Below are positions 39,296 to 52,017 of a stretch of 64,000 bases of DNA, piece by piece. The notes beneath the pieces are model-generated. The model was not told the DNA's origin. It did no database searches and saw nothing but the letters and a program-made list of their open reading frames with translations. How positions within the stretch are numbered: position 1 is the stretch's first letter; every line of letters begins with the position of its first letter. The translations under genes were made by a program, and so were the position numbers. The stretch comes from Vicugna vicugna (taxonomy: Eukaryota). The stretch lies in the NCBI GenBank assembly GCA_013265495.1, contig MU058844.1, positions 12,608,184-12,672,183 on the forward strand, given 5' to 3'.

Positions 39296-39341
39296 TGAAA
39301 ATTGCCAAAATTCAAGACTGAAAATTGCCAAAATTCAAGAC
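39296..39341. repeat. Perfect 23-bp tandem duplication
   Basis: tgaaaattgccaaaattcaagac x2. Confidence 0.92.
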
Positions 39342-41289
39342 TTAAAGAAAAAATACTGAAATTTTATTTTTAAAAACAAGATGAAAATTAAGAAATGAGC
39401 CTTGGGTGCCTTACTTATGAGGAATTACTTATCAAGTATGAAGTACAGTTTATTTAATTACAAAAAAACACTGAAAAATAAAAAGAACCAAACAAAAAAA
39501 TAAACACACCACTACCATCAAGGGCAACAACAATAACAACACAACAATAAAAACAAAAAGCCTAACCAATCCTTTAATAAAAAGATCAACAGTATTAGAT
39601 AAGAAATGGGCTAATCAAGGTGAGTTTCCCACAAATAGGGATATTTGCTTTAAAATATCTCCTACCTAGTCCACAATTCTATCACCTAGGTTGTCAGAAC
39701 CAGCTAATTAATCCAAACTATAAAGATTACCTGAATAAAAGCAATCCCTTGGGTAACAACTCCCAGAGAATATCCTGCAGTTGCCTCGGTCCAGCTGAGC
39801 ATCCCTTCCACTAGAGGGCCATGTGACACCTAAGGATTGCCTAGATAAAAAGATGGAGGGAGCTTTAAGAAATCTTTGAACTACTCCTCTAGTCATCTGA
39901 CTACTTTTGCATAGTTCTTTTATTCAGCTGGTAAAATAAACAAGCAATTAATTTAAAGAATTATACTAAAACCAGGGTTCCAAATCAGGTCTATATCTGA
40001 TCACTCCATGTGTCACCAAAATAGTAAGTGGTAATAACAACAATAATAACAACAAGAATCATGGAGTATTTAGAGACTGTGTAACTAACTGGCAATAAAA
40101 GAAACTCTTCAAGAGTTTTGATGAGATAAACATTATGGAAGGTGGAGGGTGGAAGATCACCTTTCGCTATGTAAAGCAGAATTTCATTATTAAAACTAAG
40201 GAAAATTCTTCCTTGGAGACCGTTTAGGTCAGGTACTTAAGAGGTAATGAAAACTATTTTCTGAAAACAGTTTCTTACCTCTTTTCAAGAAACCATGTAA
40301 GAGTCGTTCAATGTATTAATTAACAAAGATCAGCAATTTCATATTTTGTATAAGCTATACATTAACTGTTCTCCCCAAACTCAGTTCATCTAAATTTATC
40401 TGTATAAACAAAAACATGTGCAGGGGGGGTAAAATACTTTTTTTTAATTCACAAAGGAGATGCTACCCTGAAGACAGATTACTGCATAAATCATTTTTCT
40501 TAAAATCTCAGTATCCTAAATCATTTTTCCTCTCTACTGTTATTACTTAAGATTTCAATTTATTCTATGTAACTATTATCTAGGGCCATGGTTTTTACAC
40601 TCTTTTGAGTCATGTCTGATGAAAGCCATTGACTCTCTCCCCAGAAAAGCGCTGGTACTTTTTTTTAATAACAATTTCAGGAGTCCAGGGACCCACCCCC
40701 TAACCAAAATCCACTGGTGGGTCCTAGATTAAGAATCTCTAATCTAAGGTTTATGGCCATTCCTGATCCTTCAAAGGATCAAAGTAGCCATTTTAACTTA
40801 CCATCTAATAGTAACTGTCTCCAAAATAAGTTCTATCTTATTTTGACAGAAGAATCCTTTGTTTATGCATTAAAGTAATTGAATCCCTTACTCAAATAAC
40901 TAATTTACAAGGATAAACATCTAGCTAATATAAAGACTGATTTCTAAAAAACTTAACCTTAATTTTACTTAGGAAATAACTATTTTAGAAGAAATAGGAT
41001 CAATCAATCGTTATATAACTATTATAACATAAAGTATAATTTTTCATACTCTTTGAAGAATGTAACTTTTACTAGCAAGTAAAGCCATATCCAGATTCAC
41101 AGGCTACATCTTTCTTGGTATGATTCATGATTATCAATGAGACTTTCTTAAGACTTAAAATGAAAAACAGAAAAATATACAACTGTAAATCAACTTTATC
41201 TGCCAAATTCCAGGACAAACCATCCAGGTTGTTGTTTTTAATTAATCAATTTTTCATTTCAAAATGTGCAGCAATTTAAGTTTACTTAA

Positions 41290-42158
41290 TTAGCTTGACA
41301 TTCCATATAGCTAAAAGGCACCACCTCAACTCACATATGACTAAGACAGAACCAATTCCTACTGCCTTCATCTCAAAAAGTCTGTTTCCTTCAGAGCTTC
41401 ACAACCTCCATATAGACATTCAGTTATTCAAACCAAAACCTAAATCATCAGTTTTTTTCTTTCACCCTAATGTACCTTTTCATTTCTACTCTAAACTATC
41501 ATTTCCAAATCCATTCATTTCCCTCCATTCCTGCTCCTACAATTGTATAGGCTAAACTAACATCATCAGTTGCCTGATTTATTTTAAGAGTCTAACTGAT
41601 CTTCCTCTATCCCTTCCATTTTCTTCATTATTCAATGTATCTCTATATACCAAAGTAATCTTTTTAACATATTTAAAACACAAAGATTATATAACCATTC
41701 TACATAAATTCTTCCAACTGTTTCTCATGACTGAGAATACAATTAAAGCTCCTTATCATGGCCTTGTATGATCTGGTACCTGCCTCCCCTAGTGACTCCC
41801 TGCTTGGTGCAGGCTGTCATTTTTGCATCCCTAACATGGCAAGCGTACTCCTGGCCTTGAGTCTTGCACTTGCAGGTTCCTCTACATGGAAAGTTTGTTT
41901 CCCACATATCTTTGCAGAACTGATCCCTTATCAGACAAGTCTCAAAGCAAATGTCATCTCCTCAGAGGCATTTACAATCACTCTCACCTGATGTGGCCCC
42001 CCTTAGCCCTCATCACAACCACATTTGCCTGTGTATGTGTTTTTAATTTACTTATTGTCTATTTCCTCAATACAATGTAAATTCTGGGAGAGTAAGGATT
42101 TCATCTATCTTAAACACTGACTTCTCAGCATTAAACAAATATTTGTTGAATGAATGAA
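41290..42158 (+). mobile_element. L2 3' portion
   Basis: Pyrimidine-rich L2 motifs (aaatgtcatctcctcagaggc) ending in aaatatttgttgaatgaatgaa. Confidence 0.8.
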
Positions 42159-42400
42159 CGGTTTCTACTAAAAGGTGGTAACTAGACTTCAGCTTATTAG
42201 GAATGCCAGATTCCAGTAGAAAAGGCATTTGATACTTATTTCATCCTTTTAATTACATAAGAAGTCCATTTTAAAACAAAAATCTACTTTTTTCACCAGT
42301 GTGGTTAAAAAGATTATTTTTATTCTAAAAGTATAAATCTTCCCTGAGCAACTGAAGCAACTCCTTAGACTTTATTTTCTTTAAAAATAATGCCACTCCA

Positions 42401-42850
42401 AATAAGTCAGACAGAGAAAGGCAAATACCATACCTCACTTACATGTGGACTCTAAAAACAAAACAAAACAAAACAAAAAATCAAGTTCATAGATATACAG
42501 AACAGACTGGTGGCTGGCAGAGGTACCGGGCTGGGGGAGTGGGGAATATGGGTGAAAGGGGCCAAAGGTACAAACTCCCAGTTCTAAAATAAATAAGTCA
42601 TGAAGATGTAATGTACAGCATGGCAGCTATAGTTAATAATACTGTATTGCATATCCATAAGCTGCTAGGAGTTAATCTTCAAGGTTCATATCACAAGAAA
42701 AAAGAAAACTTTGTGACTGTATATGATAACAAATGTTGACTGGATTTGTGACGGTGGTCATTCTGCAATGTGTAGGTGTCAAATCATTATGTTGTACTCC
42801 TAAACTCACATAATGTCATATGTCAATTGTACCTCAATAAAATTTTTTTG
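42401..42850 (+). mobile_element. 5'-truncated L1 3'UTR with 18-bp TSD
   Basis: TSD aaaaataatgccactcca (42383-42400) / aaaaataatgttactcca (42851-42868); similar to the L1 3'UTR at 10740-11165. Confidence 0.88.
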
Positions 42851-43251
42851 AAAAATAATGTTACTCCAGAGCTACCAGGGAATTACACTTAAAATAACTT
42901 ATTTTTCTCAATGGCCAACCTTGATTATATTTGTCAGATAAAATTAAAACACTAATAAAAAGAAAGTGACAAAAATACATGAATTTAAATAAAAGTTCTA
43001 CAGGTATAATAATTAGCTGAATTATTTGGCACTGTAGATTCTGGAAGGTAGTCACATGCACTGTACTAGTTAGCTAGTTAACTACATTCTGATTTATGCC
43101 ATCCTGGTACCAAGTAATTGATGTGCTGAACCTATAAAACATTAAAAATAAAAGGTTCAAGCCATTTAAATCATTTGAAATATTTCTATTCTTACCATTA
43201 CCTTTTTTTTAAAATTCATTATAGATTATTTCTTTTACTAAGACTAATCAA

Positions 43252-44958
43252 CCCAATCAAAAAATGGGCAGAAAATCTAAACAGACATCTCTCCAAAGAC
43301 ATCCAGATGACCAACAGGCACATGAAAAGATGCTCAACATCATTAATTGTTGTAGAAATACAAATCAAAACTACAATGAGGTCTCACCTCATACCAGTCA
43401 GAATGGTCATCATTAAAAAGTCCACAAATGATAAACAGTGGAGAGGGTGTGGGGAAATAGGAACCCTCCTACACTGTTGGTGGAAATGTAAACTGGTGCA
43501 GCCACTAGGGAGGACAGTATGGAGGTTCCTTAAAAAATTAAAAATAGAGTTACTGTATGATCCAGCAATCCCATTCCTGGGCACATATCTGGAGAAAACT
43601 CTTAACTCAAAAAGACACAGGCACCCCAATGTTCATAGCAGCACTTTTCACAATTGTCAAGACATGGAAGCAACTTAAATGCCCATTGACAGATGAATGG
43701 ATAAAGAAAATGTGGTATGTGTATACAATGGAACACTACTTAGCCATAAACAGGAATGAAATAATGTCATTTACAGCAAAGTGGATGACTGGTGCAGCCA
43801 CTAGGGAGGACAGTATGGAGGTTCCTCAAAAAACTAAAAATAAAGAGTGGAAGGTAAAGCTTAAGTGGTAGAGCGCATGCTTAGTATGCCTGAGGTCCTG
43901 GGTTCAATCCCCAGTACCTCCTCTAAAAATAAATAAATAAGCCTAATTACCTCCCTCTACCAAAAAAGAAAAGCCATCAAAAACTAAAAATATTATGATA
44001 AATCACAGAGAAAAAAATGTGACAATGAGTGTGTATATGTCCATGAATGACTGAAAAATTGTGCTGAACACTGGAATTTGACACAACACTGTAAAATGAT
44101 TATGAATCAATAAAAAATGTAAAAAAATAAAAAAGAAAGTCAGAAGGTGGAAAAATTTACTCCATGCAAATACAAATGACAAGAAAGCTGGACTAGCAGT
44201 ACTGACTTCACAAAAAGAGACTTTACAAAAAAGGCCATAGAGAAAGATAAACAAGGACATGATTTAATGATTAAAGGAGCAAATCAAAATGAGGGTATTA
44301 CACCTATTAATATATATGCAGTCAATATAAGAGCACATAAATAAAGAAAGAAAATACTAAAAATAAATTTACCATATGATCCAGCAATCCCACTCCTGGG
44401 CATATATCCAGAGAAAAATATAATTCAAAAAGACACATGCACCCCAATGTTCACAGCAGCACTGTTTACAATAGCCAAGACATGGAAACAACCTAAATGT
44501 CCATTGACAGATGACTGGATAAAGAAGCTGTGGTATATTTACACAATGTAATACTACTTAGCCATAAAAAAGAATAAAATGATGCCATTTGCAGTAACAT
44601 GGATAGACCTGGAGTTCATCATTCTAAGGGAAGTAAGCCAGAAAGAGTAAGGAAAATGCCATATTATATGTGGAATCTAAAAAAAGGGACACAAATGAAC
44701 TTACTTACAAAACAGAAACAAACTCACAGACCCAGAGAACAAAATAATTATGATTACCAGGACATAAAAGGGGTGGGAAGGAAATGTGCACAGCTTGGGG
44801 AGAGATGTAAATATTAGATATATTGACTGTGGTGGTGGTTTCATAGGTGTATATGTCTATCAAAATCTATCAAATTGTACATCTGAAACATGTATAGTTT
44901 ACTGTATGGAAATTATATGACAAGAAAGTTGCTTAAACTTAAAAAAAAATTTTTTAAA
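43252..44958 (+). mobile_element. Composite L1/SINE mosaic bounded by one 12-bp TSD
   Basis: aagactaatcaa at 43240-43251 and 44959-44970; ORF2 C-terminal relic [32 protein letters not shown]...; internal duplication, SINE, extra L1 tail and EN fragment. Confidence 0.85.
43845..43978 (+). mobile_element. tRNA-derived SINE (Vic-1-like) nested in L1
   Basis: gcttaagtggtagagcgcatgcttagtatgcctgaggtcctgggttcaatccccagtacctcc; TSD aaaaactaaaaata (43829-43842 / 43979-43992). Confidence 0.9.
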
Positions 44959-46927
44959 AAGACTAATCAAAAGTTTATACAATGGTTAATGTGCAGTGCC
45001 AAGTTGAAAAGGCATTAAATTTACAAACCACACCTCAAATACCTAAAGGTCATGATCAAAAAGAAGTTATCTAAAATTTTATACGCATTGAAAAGATATT
45101 TTCAATAAGTATCTTCCAATAAATAAACACTCTGAAAATATTCACTATTAGTTTAAATTCCAGAACAGTGTGGTCATCTTGTCATAATTCTGACATTACT
45201 ACAACTTCAATACACTGATATGGCTCTTGGCAAAATCTTGGAGACTCACTATTTGCCATAAGTTCCAGTTTTTCAAAACTAAACTCTAAATACTAGAAAT
45301 GCATTCCTAGGGTATGATCACTTTAGGAATGGCTATCTAGTAGCCAAGAGAAGAAAAATAACACTCTAAAGCAATCCAGATAATAAAATATAAGGTAACC
45401 TCATTAATTTTTTTCTTATGGGGATATTGATCAGGTTTAATCAATCTCCTCTTTTCTTATCCTTTAGGCCTTGGGGTCAACCTGATTTACTAATCACAGT
45501 ATTATGAACTTTTCAGAGCTTTCTACTTAGAACATTTAGAAAAGCAAAAGTGTCTCTATAATTTCAGAAGTGGCAGAGACGTATGCCAGCACAATCATGA
45601 AAACTAGCTTAGAGGTAAAGCTCAAGACCACACAAATCTCCATTCAGTCAATAAATATTTAGAATGCCCAGCACATGTCAGGCTACGGTAACTGAGGCAA
45701 GCTGACTTTCCTCTTTCCAACATTTACTGGCAGGTATTAGACCATTCTGATCACACTGGGTAGAGAGAAGATTTGAAATTTTAAAAAAGAAAGAAAGATA
45801 ACATATGGTTTTCTCAATTTCTTACAGTTTTCAATAAGATATTTGATATTTACTTCTAACTAAATATTTTTAATTAGACTCATTTCTAAAAATTGGCTAT
45901 AATCTTAAATAAATTAGGCTCCATATAACCAGTCTAAGCTATTTTATTTCAGTAGTTTAACCTTTTCTTCTCAGAGTAATCAAATAGAGAAAGAACTATT
46001 CATTGCAACCTAAACAGATGCCCTGATCCAGCAGGAGATAACCTACTTTTTGATTGCCATTTTAGATCATTATCTGGCTCGAACCCTTTTCATATTTAAT
46101 TAGCACATATCCCTTGGAAATTTAAGAAGCATGACTCAGAAAATACTACGGTTTATAGTCAAATTAAAGAACATCTGTCAATGGGCACAAAGTTATTTAT
46201 GAATGCACGTTATTAAAAGATGTTACTTAAAAGTTTAAAGTCATTTCACAGAGTCTGGTGCTGAAAGACATGGTGAATCCCGAAATTTTAAAAATGAGAA
46301 TAGTAAGCAAAATTTAAGGCTATCAATAGAATTTTCTTGCAAGTATTCACAAAATGTCCACAGACTTCTGTATGCTCAGAGTATAAGTGTTAATTGTGCT
46401 TTGCTCTTAGATAATTTTGTATACTTTTTTGGCATACTCTTCCTGGATCAGTCCAGCATTTGTGGGGGAGGGGTACTCCTATAAACATCATAAAGGTGTT
46501 TATCAAGGTCTTGATCTTTAAAAAAAATAAGACAACAAATAGCTAAGTCAAAGAATTTGTAAAAGCTACTAAGCATACTGTGGTTTAACTATAAATTTGG
46601 GATTCTTTTTAATGATCTTCTTAAAGAAACCAGAAAATGATTCTATTTCCCTATAAAAATAGAGATTATATAACTTCCAAAAGTGAGTAAGAATTCACTA
46701 ATGAAAAGGTCACCAAAATCTAAAAATTAACTTTAATACTAAAAGATGAAAGTAAATAAATCAGTCTTTCAAAACAAATTCTTGCACGGAAGCAAAGGGT
46801 TGGGTTTAAGTAAGAAGTTTCTGCCATCTTTTGACTGTCTGTGAAAAAAAATCCCTAAGTTTTATTAAGGAATTCCCATCTTAGTAACCACACTGCACAT
46901 AGCGTAATTAATATAGGACAATTTTAC

Positions 46928-47090
46928 CTTGACATTCTGGGCATCAACATTAGCTCCAGCTTCCAGAAGAAGACTAATGACTGTGGTATTCCCTGCTAGT
47001 ACTGCCCAGTGCAGAGCAGTGTTTTTGTGATACTTGTCACCAAGGTTAACTGAAACATTGAATGTTAAAAGCAATCTAGTTGGATCCACA
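46928..47090 (-). CDS. ZDHHC17: ZDHHC17 exon 7 (ankyrin repeats)
   Basis: (S)VDPTRLLLTFNVSVNLGDKYHKNTALHWAVLAGNTTVISLLLEAGANVDAQNVK; ttcag acceptor, gtaaaa donor; 163 nt. Confidence 0.97.
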
Positions 47091-47269
47091 CTGAAAAGGA
47101 AAAAAAAACACAACAACAACAACAACCCTAATTTCAATTATAGAAATCATTACAGATACTAAACTGATTGTGGTTGCATTCCATCTTGGAACACTTCTAT
47201 TCTAACCTATATTCAACAAGTTTATAATCAGTAATAGGACAATATTTTAATATGAAGTATCGAGTCTGT

Positions 47270-47322
47270 GCGACACCATGTAACTTAAGATAGTTCGCGA
47301 CACCATGTAACTTAAGATAGTT
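47270..47322. repeat. Perfect tandem duplication, 27-bp period
   Basis: gcgacaccatgtaacttaagatagtt x2 separated by one c. Confidence 0.92.
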
Positions 47323-47770
47323 TGGAGAGAGTAAACTTGGTCCTGACATTTACTATTTTTCATCCAGGGATTAAGGTCATTGATGTCTATATAATTAAAC
47401 AATTAAAATTTTAAATATAAGTCTAGGTTGTGCCAAAGTCATTTAAGGCAACTTAGTAATTAAAACGCTAAACTTGCCAATATGCGAATCATGTTAAAAA
47501 TCAGTTACTTTTTAAAAAGAAGGTAACATTTTCTTCTATCCTTGGAGACTGTTAAAAGACGAATAGCTTAAGAATACTACAATTACCAAGGTAAATGTAA
47601 ACACAGAGACTCAAAACATCCAAAAGGGTAATTTATGTTACATACTATGCACTCATAATTAAGAATTTTAAATATTAGCAAGTATAACATTAAACTGCTT
47701 TTTTTAATCACTTATTTTACATTTTATTATGTTGAAAATGGTTGAATAAGTATTTTATATGGTTACATAC

Positions 47771-47835
47771 CTATGTGTTCTATAAGCTGCCCACATTAAA
47801 GGCGTCATCCCATTCTGATCCATCATATCTACATC
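47771..47835 (-). CDS. ZDHHC17: ZDHHC17 exon 6 (ankyrin repeats)
   Basis: DVDMMDQNGMTPLMWAAYRTH(S); atcag acceptor, gtatgt donor; 65 nt. Confidence 0.97.
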
Positions 47836-49109
47836 CTGATAGAGAAAAAAGAAAAAGTCAGACAGTAAAAACTTCTAAGTTCCTACCAAATTCACTTAGA
47901 AAAATGTAATTCACATATCACAGGAGAAGCCAATATAACAATCAAAGGTGATTTATAAAACTTTATCTTTCCTAAGTTTAAAGTAAAATGATATCACTAA
48001 GTATTTTAATTAATATGTATATAAACATCTAATTTACATATATTAAATATGTATTTAATTACACTTAATTAACATACTTATAGTTTTCCTTTTTTAAACT
48101 TCACTTAGACTTTCAATGTTGTCATCTAGAGATCTTGACCTATTCTTCATCTTTCACTCACAAAGGAAAGATTAAATTATTTAAGTCCCTGAAAAATTTA
48201 TTTTACTAATTCATGATATAATAAAACCCTGTTTATTCCCAGGCCTTTCAAAACAAAGAATAAATTATAAAATTTCAATAAAAATTTCAATTTTAATGAA
48301 CTCAAAAGTCTGTCTACTTTTTATTACTATGTATGAATATTTTTAGAATTAACTAATTCTGCAAAGTTTGTGGTAAAAAAGCAACGTGATCAATTATCTG
48401 CCTTATTCCCCATCGTTTTCACCTTTTTTAGCTCATTATTTTTGTTTTTACTTACACATCTTTAAAATAAGATACTTGGAACTGCTACTTTTTGATTTTT
48501 TTGTTTTAGGTATTATCCTAAGTATGGCATATCCTCATTAAGCAAAGTGACAATTTCTCTCTTTCCTCTCACTACCCCATCGCAAATATGCACCTTTCTT
48601 ATTCTTTCCTCTCAAGAGATCTACTGTAATTCTGGTCCTATAAATATTTGATATTTATGTTATCATAAATATATATGAATACCATTCCCAACAAAATTAT
48701 GTAGTAAACCATTATTTTGCCCTCCTACCCAACTTTTTGCTTTCCGTGGTACTTTTCTTTCCCTTTTGCAGTTTTTTTTTTTTTTAAGCAAATTAGAATT
48801 AAAACTACCACCTATTCAACCAAAACTCTTCCCAGGTCAGCCAAATCACCTTTCAAGACATGCTGATGTATTAGGGATTCTATCAGTTTCACTTCCCCCC
48901 TAAAATTCTCTCTTCTGACCCACTCCAATCTGGACTGATTCTCCTATGTGCCTAAGTTATCTGTCCCATTAACTAGAAAAGAAGTTCTTTGAGGATCAAA
49001 ATTAAATTCATCTTTGTACTCTCAGTGCCCAACAGGACAGATAATGAAAACCATTTGTTAAATGACAAGACATGTTTATCTATCTACTTTTCTAGGTTTG
49101 GGAAAGGCA

Positions 49110-49340
49110 CAGATTGACTTTAGAATAAGATAGACATGGTTTTGAATTCCTAGATCCACCAGTTTAGTTAATAATTGTAAGGCTGCCAAAATTAATTCTC
49201 TGAGCCTCAGCTTTTTTATCTAAAAATGTGAATACAAATACTGTCTTCGTAAGATCTTTCTGATGATTAAATGGAATAATGTGTGTAAAGCAACCTAGTC
49301 TAGAGCCTGGAACACGACATTCAATATGTATTAAGTTTCC
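49110..49340 (+). mobile_element. MIR
   Basis: tagacatggttttgaattcctag...tctctgagcctcagc...gatgattaaatggaataatgtgtgtaaagc. Confidence 0.75.
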
Positions 49341-50619
49341 TCTTCTTCCCTTCCCCACCTCGCATTCCTATGGATTATTAAACCAGCAGTCCTAATCCAA
49401 GTTACGTTACCTAATTCACCAGTCAGTGGAGAAAGGACAGAGTTATAGTGAGTACACTGCAAAACATTTCATAACTCTATATAGCAGTTCCCTGTAAGGT
49501 ATCTTTACAGATGGGAATACGTCTCAAATATGAACATTATCCAAGCATACTGGGGCAGAAAGAGCTGAGAACCACTACTTTAGACAAGTGGCAACACATA
49601 TCCTAAGATGTCACTAGTTTTAGTCCCTCTCATGAATATTACAATCAAATGTTATGCCTTATCCATTACAAATCTATTTCTAAATTTCTATTAAGTGTTG
49701 TTGGAAACATGTAACTCACTCAATATTTACATTATACATGTTTACTTTTTTCCAAAAAAAAAAAAATCTTCTCTGAAAAAAATGGTAAACTTCCTTGTTT
49801 CTTATATGAGAGCTAAGTAATGAAACTTATTTTACTTCCTTTACTGCTCTGGTTTCAAGAAAGCTCAATTAAATTTGATGTCCAATTAAAACAAACATGT
49901 AAATTCTTATGTTTAAATTTCTTCCTTTTTAGTTGTGAGTCTTTTCATATCCTTTTTAAAAAGTGATAGTATTAAAATATCAACAAACAAAATAAAAATT
50001 AAAAATTATGCCACATCTCTAGAGTACTAAAAAAAAATGAAATTCAACCTTTTCTCTCTTTGGATCATGATTTAAAACTTGGTACTTCTTTTCCAAGTTC
50101 AGCCTGGACGTATGAGTATTCTCTATTAGGAAGAATTAACAAACCCAGATCAAAAGCTCATGGGAATTCCATGATCAACAGGGCTCCATAACTTAGCATT
50201 TTCCCCTTTTTCTCCTGAAAATCATCCAAAAGAATTGGCAGTGAGCACTGAATATATTTAACAGTGTAACTAAAAAGAAACTATTGTGAAGAATAGAATG
50301 ACAAACTAAATGGCAATGTTATATGCCCTAAGAATGTAAATTTGATAAAATTAACAACAAATGAGGGGGGGTGGGAAAAGGCTGAAAAGAAAGTATAATG
50401 AGTGTCTAATCTGCAAGAGCTATGAGTCAAAGGATATTACTTAAAGTTGAAAAGTCAAGTGACAGAAATGTAGTTATATATCAGAACAAAGTTTACACCA
50501 AGAAAAACAGTATTATGGACTAATGTCAGTGTTAAGACAGGGAAGAGAAAGAAGAAGTTAAAAATACACTGATTTTATTACTGCTTATAACTGGGAACTA
50601 ATCAGAACTAATAAAATTT

Positions 50620-50910
50620 GAACAAACATCTGACTGAAGTGAGAGAGAAAAGGATAACCATGTGACTAAGGAAAGAATTTACCAAGCAGAAGAGAAGAGC
50701 CAGCACAAAGGCCTTAAGACAACAGCACACCAAAGCTGTTCAACGACCAGCCAGAAGACTGGTGTGGTTCAGCACAGTGAGTGAGAGGGAGATGACAGAA
50801 GATGAGATGGAGAGGTATCCAGAGTCGGATCACACATGATTCTGTAAGCCACAGGACGACTTTGGATGGCATTTAAAGTATGATATAAAGCACATTAGAG
50901 CAGTTTTCTT
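50620..50910 (-). mobile_element. L2 fragment
   Basis: Purine-rich caagcagaagagaagagccagcacaaaggccttaag...tgtaagccac...gactttggat. Confidence 0.65.
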
Positions 50911-51460
50911 TTACTGCTGTAAAGTGCTTTTAGTGGTAGTATTTTAGCACATACATTGAAAAAGTTCTAGAAAAATATATACTAAACTGTTAAAGAAAGT
51001 GTTCTCAATAGAGGGAGGAGGTAAGGGAAGAGGTGGGATTTCACTCTCTAAGTCATACTCTGCTACTATGTTTGAATATTTAACATTAAGCATGTGTTAC
51101 TTCCATAAGCAGGAAAAAAAACTTACTCCTGAAAAAGAAAGCCAATTATCTGTCAGACATGTATTAACACTACCATGCATTTACTGTACAAAAGGAACTG
51201 TGACAGAATTTCTGCTCTTTAAGAATTTTATGGCCTACATACTATGCCAGAGTTCAAATGATTACTGAAACATCCAAATTCCAAAATCAATAAGCTAAGA
51301 AAAAGAGTCAAAACTTAACACTTTTCTTACCTAGTTAAAAACTAGAAGAAAAAAGTGAATGTATATTGTAAACTTAATATCTGCACTAGAGAAGGCCACT
51401 AAAGATGATGTCATGTGCAATAACGCCATCTACTGCTTCAACCTCCAGTCCAGAATGAAC

Positions 51461-52017
51461 TGTGGGAGCACAAAGATGATCCCCTGGGGTAGCTGGTCTC
51501 CAAAGATAGCTCCCAATAAACTTCACCTCCCAGTGTTCACATCCTTGTGTTCCCACATGGCTGTGAACATGGGCCGGACCTCTTACTTGCTTTAACTGAC
51601 AGAATGGAGCAGAAATGTGGCTGTGCCAGTTCAAGACCTTAAAAAAGTCAGATGTCTGCTTTTGTTCTTTTGGGAACTCTGAGCAACCATGTAAGAAGTT
51701 TGGTTTCCATGCTAGAGAGAACACATGGAGGGGAGTTGTGGAGAAGAAGTTCTGAGACTGCATGGAGAAAAACAGAGAGGGCTAGCTGTCCCAATAAGCC
51801 AACTGAGCCCAGCCTTTTAGCCCTTCTTATCAAGGTACAAGGTATGCAAGCATCCTCCAGCCCAGTCAAGCCCCCAGACAAGTGCAGCCCCCAGCCATTA
51901 TCACAAGAACCACCACCCAATCAAGCTCAGTCAACCTAGAGACTCATGAAATATAATGGCTCCTACTGTTCTAAAGCCATTAGACTTAGGGGGCAGTCTA
52001 TTAACACAGTAATAGAA
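51461..52017 (+). mobile_element. MaLR solo LTR (MLT1F/G-like)
   Basis: cttacttgctttaactgacagaatggagcagaaatg, aaccatgtaagaagtttgg, ctaaagccattag, acacagtaataga. Confidence 0.75.

Noticed and set aside
43845..43922. tRNA gene (also at 38146 and 63687)
   Set aside because: A/B boxes are present, but mismatched stems, A-rich tails and TSDs mark them as SINEs.
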